A stretch of DNA of 64,000 nucleotides. It comes from Thermoplasmata archaeon. Lineage in GTDB: Archaea; Thermoplasmatota; Thermoplasmata; Thermoplasmatales; GCA-001856825. This document shows positions 57,435 through 64,000 of the stretch, one piece after another. The notes beneath the pieces were generated by a model that was given only the letters and a program-made list of their open reading frames with translations, was not told the origin of the DNA and made no database searches. The translations under genes were made by a program, and so were the position numbers. Where the stretch lies: positions 3,310 through 67,309 of the forward strand of contig JAGDXO010000034.1 of assembly GCA_023256615.1 (NCBI GenBank). Reading direction: 5' to 3'. Position 1 is the first letter of the stretch. The number at the start of each line of letters is the position of its first letter.

Positions 57435-58781
57435 TTACTGAGTGTTGTTTACCACATCAAAAAATTCCTTTGCCCCTATTCTCTCAAATTTTTTCCCTGC
57501 ATCCAATATTTCCTTTGCCCTATCCCTTGAGTCCATTATTCTTTCTCCTTTATTTAATAGGTCTTCCCATGTATATGGATTCTTGAAATGTCCTTTCGGG
57601 AATAGCACTTCGCTTTCTTCCTTTCTTGTTTTGGTGAATACCGTAATTTTTACAGGAAGATATTCTGGATACATTTTGTCATATTCTGGACTTATTGATA
57701 CTTTTATCTTATCTATCAGATTAAGTATTTTCGAGTCTTCAAGATACTTCTTTGAGAATGATGATGGATTTGGTGAACCATATAATAATGAATAGGCGAT
57801 TATGTAAGGCATACTGTGATCTGCAGTTTCTTTTGTTTTAGGTCTTAATTTTTCTATATCCTTTACTATTATTTTATGCGCGACGGAGAAAGTATCTACC
57901 CTGATCTCCTCAATTTTTTCATTACCTATTTTCTCTTTAACATTTAAGGCAGCTTCCACGGCACTCATTGCATGATATTCTACTGGGAAGTTCTTGATCA
58001 TAGTTTTAAGAATGTAATTCTTGTTTAGATCCAGCTTGAATTCTCCAGAGACCTGTTTGAAGAACCCCATTTCTCCTTCAAATATGGGCGCAGGTCCTGT
58101 GAAACCCTCCCCTGCCAGCATCGCAGCAAATACACTGTTCCTGGATGCATTGGCTGCAGTGGCTCCTTTCCACATACTAAGTTCTCCTGCTCTTGTCTGC
58201 CTCAGGCTGATATTATTGTTAATAGCAAGATTGAGTGTATGTATGAATTTATCCTTGTCGTATCCGTTCAATGCGGCCAGTCCTGAAGCAGATGAAATTG
58301 ATATATATGTGACATGATCCCATCCTCTGTCACGTATTGAGACTGCATCAGATAAAGCGCCCACAACTTGATAAGCAACTGCAATGGATTTTATAATCTT
58401 GTCCCCACTTTCCTCCTTAGCATAAGCATATGCGAGAATAGGTGGTATATTATCAGAAGGATGAAGTGCTTCCTTAGAGAGGTATGTATCATTGTAATCT
58501 AGATACCTCGTCATGCTTCCGTTAAGGAATGTTGCTACGTCAACAGATGCCTTTCTATTTCGGAAATAGATAGGGGCATTAAGTTTTCCTTTACTCGGAA
58601 GTAGTGTCTTTTCAGCAATCTTTACGGGTTCAGCGTTTCTTGCACCATATGATACATATATGGAGTCGACGATTCTCTTCTTAATTTCTTCTGAAGTCTG
58701 TTCGTCAATTTTTGATTTAATCAGATTTTCAGAATACTCGTATATATTTTCTGCAACGGTCATAGAATCACTCCCCTTCAT
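57435..58781 (-). CDS. MmgE/PrpD family protein (2-methylcitrate dehydratase-like)
   Basis: About 445 aa, with a two-domain MmgE/PrpD pattern (D.......G, HPSD, W.H......SAS). The start may be the ATG at 58763. Confidence 0.75.
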   Translation of the reverse strand: MKGSDSMTVAENIYEYSENLIKSKIDEQTSEEIKKRIVDSIYVSYGARNAEPVKIAEKTLLPSKGKLNAPIYFRNRKASVDVATFLNGSMTRYLDYNDTYLSKEALHPSDNIPPILAYAYAKEESGDKIIKSIAVAYQVVGALSDAVSIRDRGWDHVTYISISSASGLAALNGYDKDKFIHTLNLAINNNISLRQTRAGELSMWKGATAANASRNSVFAAMLAGEGFTGPAPIFEGEMGFFKQVSGEFKLDLNKNYILKTMIKNFPVEYHAMSAVEAALNVKEKIGNEKIEEIRVDTFSVAHKIIVKDIEKLRPKTKETADHSMPYIIAYSLLYGSPNPSSFSKKYLEDSKILNLIDKIKVSISPEYDKMYPEYLPVKITVFTKTRKEESEVLFPKGHFKNPYTWEDLLNKGERIMDSRDRAKEILDAGKKFERIGAKEFFDVVNNTQ

Positions 58782-58812
58782 AACTGAGAAGATAAAAATG
58801 TTATTTCCCAGA

Positions 58813-59115
58813 TTAAAGGGAAAGTATCATCTGGGTCGTTTCATTTACCTCTTTCTCTATATTCTTGTATTTTACCCTTATTTTTTCCTGTATTTCTGCA
58901 GGTATATCCTTTATGGCCAATATGTTCAAGAGATGCTGAAGCTCGCTATCCATAAGAATTGTCAATGCTCTCAGTTTATCGAAATCCTCCTTCTTTACCT
59001 CCTTGCTTCTTTCTGATATGAAACAGGTAAAATGCACTGCGCCTTTCTTAGTGAATGTGAATTTTTCGCCAGTTTTTATAGCATTCTTGCATAAATAACA
59101 GTTAAATTCCGCCAT
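58813..59115 (-). CDS. small archaeal protein with an N-terminal CxxC...HxxC zinc-ribbon-like motif and a helical tail (DUF2175-like)
   Basis: MAEFNCYLCKNAI..GEKFTFTKKGAVHFTCF is followed by a charged helical region. The DUF2175 family assignment is from memory only. Confidence 0.45.
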   Translation of the reverse strand: MAEFNCYLCKNAIKTGEKFTFTKKGAVHFTCFISERSKEVKKEDFDKLRALTILMDSELQHLLNILAIKDIPAEIQEKIRVKYKNIEKEVNETTQMILSL

Positions 59116-59152
59116 AAAAAATAAATAATGTTAAAAATAAAAACTTATCTCA

Positions 59153-59491
59153 TTACTTATAAAATGAAGATCCTATTAGTGATGCAAGAAGAGTTGTTAC
59201 TATCACTTCTACTGCAAGTATTATAAACAGGAGAAGTGAGCCTCCAGGAATTCCGGATATAGTTGAGAAGAGTGATGAATTAGCCATTCTCGCCGTGAAT
59301 CCTGTAACGGCCATATAAAGGAATACTCCAATCAATGATGCTATAGATAAATAAAGTCCTGAAATCTTCCGCTTGTCTTTGATGTAGAAAGATAAGAAGA
59401 AAGCGCTTGCTATTGCTATAAACCACATTGATATTGCAGCGAATATGAATGATAGTACCAACTGTATTACTAATGCTACATAATTTTTCAT
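59153..59491 (-). CDS. small integral membrane protein (3-4 TM helices)
   Basis: 112 aa and almost entirely hydrophobic. The start overlaps the stop of the upstream acylase gene (ATGA at 59488-59491). Confidence 0.55.
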   Translation of the reverse strand: MKNYVALVIQLVLSFIFAAISMWFIAIASAFFLSFYIKDKRKISGLYLSIASLIGVFLYMAVTGFTARMANSSLFSTISGIPGGSLLLFIILAVEVIVTTLLASLIGSSFYK

Positions 59492-62073
59492 GGTGTTACA
59501 CCTTCCACATACAGATAAAGGAATTCAGCGGGAACTGTTGATGGTATTAACGTGTAGTAAACACCGTTGTTCCAGGGAACAAAATTGTTTGAGTAGTACT
59601 GACTAAGAGGGTTCTCTGTGAGTCCTCCCGGATAAATACCCTTTGAATTTATTGGATTGCTCATATTAACTACCTGCCTCCATGATGGCCCAAATGACGA
59701 AATCATTCCATATGCTGCATTTAGCGTATTTCCATCACCTGGGGCTGGAATTGACGATGTATTTAATGAGTTTACTCCGAAGAAGCTGGAAAGCTCTCTC
59801 TTATGGAAATTACCCCACTGCCAGCTGCTTGAAATGATTCCATAATTCTTGACCATCGTGGAAATAGTCATATTGTATGCTTCACTCATTATGGAAAAGG
59901 CATTCCTGTATTCCTTGATACTTCCGTTGCTGTTGAACACATCGAAGTATATGGAATTAGGATAGTTAAGCGTCCAGTTCATAAGATCCTCAATCAGAGG
60001 ACCGTGATAATAATCATCGCTGCCAAGGAAGAATGAGAATTGACCGTAACCCTTGCCTTCCGTTATATTGAAGGCGGTCATATAAGGCTGGAACGTAAGA
60101 TTAATATAATTCAGAAGCCAGAAATGATATAGGGTAGCAGCCGTGGAGTTTATGGTGAAATTTCCATTCCAGGATTCTAAAGCAAGGTATTCTGGTGAAT
60201 TATTCAACCCTTCCCTTCTCAGCAGTGATAGTAGAGAAGGAAGGAAAACATTCGTACTGTAATCATGAACACTCAGCTGAATATCTTCCATCTTCTGGGT
60301 ATTGAAACCATTCGTGGTGCTCAGCATAAAATAAGCCTGATCCGCTCTGAAGCCTGACTCCTGGTCCCATCCTATATAATATGGATAATTATTTGAAACA
60401 GTTATCTGATTACTCGAAAATACAAAACCATTTGAAGGATCGTAAAGGAATGGGAGTTGAGAAACCGGGACGAAACCAACCCAATTGGAACTTCCATTTC
60501 CTGGGAGAATGCCCCTCGGATTACCGTGTTCAATTATTGGATACCTCCCATAAGGGAAAATTCCTATGTTTCCATATTTATCAGCTACAGCCCAGTTCTG
60601 GATTCCAACTTTGAACCACTCTGATATATTCTGTCTGAACTGTGTTACATTCTTTGCATAATCCATATTCAGGACTGCGTTTATTTCATAGCTTGGTATC
60701 AATCCTGTCCAATCCATCGCAATGGGTGTAGGTTTGCTTATCAAAATGACTCCATTATTTGCTCTTTCCACCTGAAGATTTACTGGATTTGCCCCTTTCA
60801 CAGATATTGTCTCATTCAGAATACTGAAATGCAGCCACTGACCATTGGAATAATACTGATAAGGGTGATCTGGAGATATTTGCTCTGCATAAAAATAAGT
60901 CTGCTGAATCTGCCCGTTGGTAGCCCCCCAGGCTATGAAGGGATTGTGACCTAATATAATCCCAGGGAATCCAGGGAATATAACACCAACCACATTCTGA
61001 CCTGGAGATACAAGCTGGAATCCTATCCAGATTGATGGTACTGTTGTGGATAAATGCGGATCATTCGCCAGCAGTGCCGATCTGTTGTCAGTTTTAATTC
61101 CATTTACTGCCCAGTTATTACTCCCCAGATCTTTGAATGCTGCATATTTAAGATTTAGATCCTGCCAGAGCAAACTGAGCCATGATGGCAGTCCTGGTGG
61201 GTCAGCAAAATATGAATTTATAGAGTTCATCTCGCTCTCATTTATTACAAAGGAAGGAGTATAGAGAGATAGATTTCCAATATTTCCTGATTCGTTATAT
61301 ATTCCAGGATTTAGAGAATATGGAACTATCGGATGCTGGATTCCTTCAGGATAAACAGGATATATCCCCTTTACTATATTCTCGGGCATACTCTGCAGGG
61401 CATAATTGAAATATATTGGATCGACTCCACCTGCGCTATTCTCCCATAAAAACAGTTGCTGCACAGCAAGAACATCTGTCACATTCCATAATGATGGTTG
61501 GAAATCCAGAATCTTAAATAGCATCGGATATTCGGCAGGAGAAAGACTCTTTATATAAGCGTTAATCCCATCTGCAAATTCACTGATCGCTATATAAGCC
61601 GTACTGTTCCTAGATAAATTTGCATTTTCCTGCTCAGCAATCTGTAGATCTTCTAGCTGCCTGAAGAATATGTCAGTCCCAATGGCTGATGGACCTACTA
61701 CCTGCGCAAGTGTTCCAAGTGCAGTTCTCTTAAGAAATTCCATCTGCTCAAGTCTGTATTTGGCTTCCTGATATCCCTGCTCATAGTATAGCCCCCACGT
61801 TTTATCGGATGCTATTCCAATTAAGCCATCAGATTGGACATTGATTATAATATGAGCTGTACTTCCATTCTGAGTCACATTCATGTAAGATAATCCCAGA
61901 GATACTGACTGATTGTAGGGAGAGATGATCCCAGTTGATGGATTTGTCATTGAAATTATTGAAGGAAGTGGCCCGAGTGGCATTGAGGATATCAATAAAA
62001 CAATAACGAGAAGTATTATTGACAATAAAAATCTGCCTTTTCTTATATGCATATTGAATGATGCTTTTGACAA
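59488..62073 (-). CDS. penicillin acylase (S45 Ntn-hydrolase) family protein, membrane-anchored/secreted
   Basis: An N-terminal signal/anchor helix. The DLGSNNWAV motif marks the autoproteolytic Ser nucleophile site. 861 aa with very many N-x-S/T sequons. Confidence 0.8.
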   Translation of the reverse strand: MSKASFNMHIRKGRFLLSIILLVIVLLISSMPLGPLPSIISMTNPSTGIISPYNQSVSLGLSYMNVTQNGSTAHIIINVQSDGLIGIASDKTWGLYYEQGYQEAKYRLEQMEFLKRTALGTLAQVVGPSAIGTDIFFRQLEDLQIAEQENANLSRNSTAYIAISEFADGINAYIKSLSPAEYPMLFKILDFQPSLWNVTDVLAVQQLFLWENSAGGVDPIYFNYALQSMPENIVKGIYPVYPEGIQHPIVPYSLNPGIYNESGNIGNLSLYTPSFVINESEMNSINSYFADPPGLPSWLSLLWQDLNLKYAAFKDLGSNNWAVNGIKTDNRSALLANDPHLSTTVPSIWIGFQLVSPGQNVVGVIFPGFPGIILGHNPFIAWGATNGQIQQTYFYAEQISPDHPYQYYSNGQWLHFSILNETISVKGANPVNLQVERANNGVILISKPTPIAMDWTGLIPSYEINAVLNMDYAKNVTQFRQNISEWFKVGIQNWAVADKYGNIGIFPYGRYPIIEHGNPRGILPGNGSSNWVGFVPVSQLPFLYDPSNGFVFSSNQITVSNNYPYYIGWDQESGFRADQAYFMLSTTNGFNTQKMEDIQLSVHDYSTNVFLPSLLSLLRREGLNNSPEYLALESWNGNFTINSTAATLYHFWLLNYINLTFQPYMTAFNITEGKGYGQFSFFLGSDDYYHGPLIEDLMNWTLNYPNSIYFDVFNSNGSIKEYRNAFSIMSEAYNMTISTMVKNYGIISSSWQWGNFHKRELSSFFGVNSLNTSSIPAPGDGNTLNAAYGMISSFGPSWRQVVNMSNPINSKGIYPGGLTENPLSQYYSNNFVPWNNGVYYTLIPSTVPAEFLYLYVEGVTP

Positions 62074-62123
62074 TATTAATAATTTTGCTACAATTATTTC
62101 TCAAAATAAAAAAAAGAGGAAAA

Positions 62124-64000
62124 TCAGTTACTGCAGAAATGTATTTCCAGTGATTTGCTGTTGATCTCTTCTTTTAATACAGTGAGGAAAGATTCCAGGG
62201 AGACAAGATTTCTTTGTCTATTTTTCCTGTCCCTTACAGATATTTTTGATTCGTTCGCCTCCTTATCCCCAATTATCACGGTATAGGGTATTTTGTCACC
62301 GTGGGCCTCCCTGATTTTCTTATTAATTGTCTCCGATGAAAGATCGCTGTCAACTCTTATTCCCTCGGATAGCAGTAGATCAATAATCTTTCTGGAATAT
62401 TCCAGACTGCCTTCTGAAATATTGACTACTCTCACCTGTACCGGAGATATCCATAATGGGAATGCTCCTGCGAAATGTTCTATAATGACTCCCATGAACC
62501 TGTCCAGAGAACCATATATGGCCCTGTGTATCATTACAGGCTGCTGTGGTTGATTATTCTCATCATTGTATTTTAAATCAAAATGGTCCCTGTCTGGCAT
62601 GAAGAAATCAAGCTGTATTGTGGAAAGCTGCCAGTACCTGCCTATTGCATCCCTGACATCAACATCTATTTTCGGACCGTAGAAGGCTGCTTCGCCTTCC
62701 TTTATCTCGTATTTTATGGATCTGTTCTCCAGGCTCTGCATTAGGGCTTTGGTAGCCTTATCCCATACCTCACTGGAACCAGTGTACTTATCTTTGTTGT
62801 TCTCATCCCTCGTGCTGAGCTTGAATTTAAGCTCCTTTATTCCGAAAGTACTGTAATAAACCTCCTTGATAATATCTATAAGTTTTCCAACTTCCTGCTC
62901 TATTTGATCCATTCTGACGAATGCATGACCATCATCCTGAGTAAGGGACCTTACTCTGAGGAGGCCGCTAGTAACACCGGATTTTTCATACCTGTAAACT
63001 GTCGCAAATTCACTGAACCTAACGGGCATGTCCCTGTAGCTCCATGCCTTCCTCTGGAATATAAGAATATGACCAGGACAATTCATGGGCTTCATCCCAT
63101 AATCTTCATTCTCCACCTCCATCAGGAACATATTGTCTCTGTAATGAGACATGTGCCCGGATTTCTCCCAGAGTGAAGTCTTGAAAGCGTGTGGAGTCCA
63201 CACCTCTTCATATCCTGCCTTTCTGTTGAGCTGCTTCATATAATTTATGAGCTCATTCCTCAGGGCTACGCCCTTGGGAGTGTAAATTGGGAATGATGGC
63301 CCATATTCAGGTCTCATTATGAACAGATCAAGTTCAGCTCCTAGTTTGCGATGGTCTCTTCTCTTAGCCTCTTCTAGCATCGCAAAGTATTCTTTCATCA
63401 TCTTTTCATTTGGAAATGCCGTTCCATATATTCTCACAAGAGGAGTGCCCTTTTCATTTCCCCTCCAGTAAGCATTAGAGACTGATAGGAGCTTAAATGC
63501 TCTAAGGTAACTGGTTGAAGGTAAGTGCGGACCAAGGCAAAAATCAATGAAGTCACCCTGTTCATAAACCGTTGAATAAGAATTATCAGGTACATTCTCT
63601 TCAATCAGTTCCAGTTTGAAGGGATTATCCCTGAAGAGCTCCTTGAGATCGTCCTTTTTAAGCTCCTTCCTTTTTATTTTTAGGTCTGATTTAACTATTT
63701 CCCTCATCTTATCCTCTATTTTCTTTAGATCTTCTTCAGTAATATTTCTCATATGTATGTCATAATAGAATCCAGGAGGGTCCTCAGTTACCGGACCTAT
63801 TGTGGGTTGGGCTTCAGGGTAAAGCTCCTTAACGGCCTGTGCAAGAATATGTGCGCCTGAATGCCTTATAATATGGATACCATCTTCGCTATCGATCCTC
63901 ACAGGTTCTATTGTGGCATCCTCCTTCACAATTTGTGATAAATCCACGAGCTTTCCATTCACCTTGGCTGCGACAAGGTCCTTATCCTTGTAATTCATTA
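62124..64000 (-). CDS. thrS: threonyl-tRNA synthetase (N-terminus probably beyond the window edge)
   Basis: RDHRKLGAELDLF, class-II core motifs and a C-terminal anticodon-binding domain. The first in-window residues (AAKVNGKLVDL) fall inside a TGS domain, and the frame stays open to base 64000. Confidence 0.9.
   Translation of the reverse strand, partial: MNYKDKDLVAAKVNGKLVDLSQIVKEDATIEPVRIDSEDGIHIIRHSGAHILAQAVKELYPEAQPTIGPVTEDPPGFYYDIHMRNITEEDLKKIEDKMREIVKSDLKIKRKELKKDDLKELFRDNPFKLELIEENVPDNSYSTVYEQGDFIDFCLGPHLPSTSYLRAFKLLSVSNAYWRGNEKGTPLVRIYGTAFPNEKMMKEYFAMLEEAKRRDHRKLGAELDLFIMRPEYGPSFPIYTPKGVALRNELINYMKQLNRKAGYEEVWTPHAFKTSLWEKSGHMSHYRDNMFLMEVENEDYGMKPMNCPGHILIFQRKAWSYRDMPVRFSEFATVYRYEKSGVTSGLLRVRSLTQDDGHAFVRMDQIEQEVGKLIDIIKEVYYSTFGIKELKFKLSTRDENNKDKYTGSSEVWDKATKALMQSLENRSIKYEIKEGEAAFYGPKIDVDVRDAIGRYWQLSTIQLDFFMPDRDHFDLKYNDENNQPQQPVMIHRAIYGSLDRFMGVIIEHFAGAFPLWISPVQVRVVNISEGSLEYSRKIIDLLLSEGIRVDSDLSSETINKKIREAHGDKIPYTVIIGDKEANESKISVRDRKNRQRNLVSLESFLTVLKEEINSKSLEIHFCSN

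Noticed and set aside
1-64000. A CRISPR array, IS element, integrase or rRNA anywhere in the window
   Set aside because: I found no regularly spaced direct repeats, no transposase- or integrase-like ORF, no terminal inverted repeats and no rRNA-like sequence. The only tandem repeat seen is the 2 x 15 nt unit inside dnaG.

Overview
This is a gene-dense, AT-rich archaeal chromosomal segment. About 62 protein genes and 4 tRNA genes (Val-CAC, Arg-UCG, Gly-GCC, Pro-GGG) can be supported. I recognised no rRNA, CRISPR array, transposase or integrase. Archaeal identity rests on L31e, L39e, S19e, L18e, aIF6, aCPSF1, proteasome beta, archaeal DnaG, prefoldin beta, RpoN, membrane LonB and Cgi121. Several genes fit a Thermoplasmatales-type acidophile: folate-type FolD, a type-III P-type H+-ATPase, GH15/GH57 glycogen genes and a penicillin-acylase-family protein. 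That lineage call is inference, not proof.

Blocks along the window:
- 1-7 kb: tail of a surface protein, tRNA-Val, and a glycogen locus (GDE-glycogen synthase-GH57 operon, divergent from GH15).
- 7-8.4 kb: a bacterial-type queA and prefoldin beta.
- 8.4-16.9 kb: a pterin-cofactor supercluster. It holds tungsten-type AOR, FdhA with AsrAB/HydBG-like electron-transfer subunits, and mobA-moeB-moaD-moaA-moaE.
- 17-23.4 kb: OCD-family enzyme, P-type ATPase, FAD oxidoreductase and purEK.
- 23.6-28 kb: a sulfur-trafficking locus (two DsrE-like proteins, TauE/SafE, YeeE/YedE, APC permease).
- 28.1-33.2 kb: the least understood stretch. It holds an orphan Csa3-like CARF-wHTH regulator and a 480-bp ORF-free gap. 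A KaiC-like ATPase coupled to a P-loop-dead copy of itself sits between tRNA-Arg and tRNA-Gly. A divergent pair of ~340-aa paralogues follows, with no domain I can name.
- 33.2-41.2 kb: a conserved archaeal translation/RNA-processing block.
- 41.2-48.7 kb: a 1696-aa Lhr-type helicase, Cgi121 and LonB.
- 48.8-52.4 kb: MFS, FolD, and L18e-L13-S9-RpoN-tRNA-Pro.
- 53-64 kb: assorted housekeeping and metabolic genes, ending in a ThrRS gene truncated by the window edge.

The best candidate for something undescribed is the 28.1-33.2 kb islet. Everything said about its function is inference from sequence reading alone.
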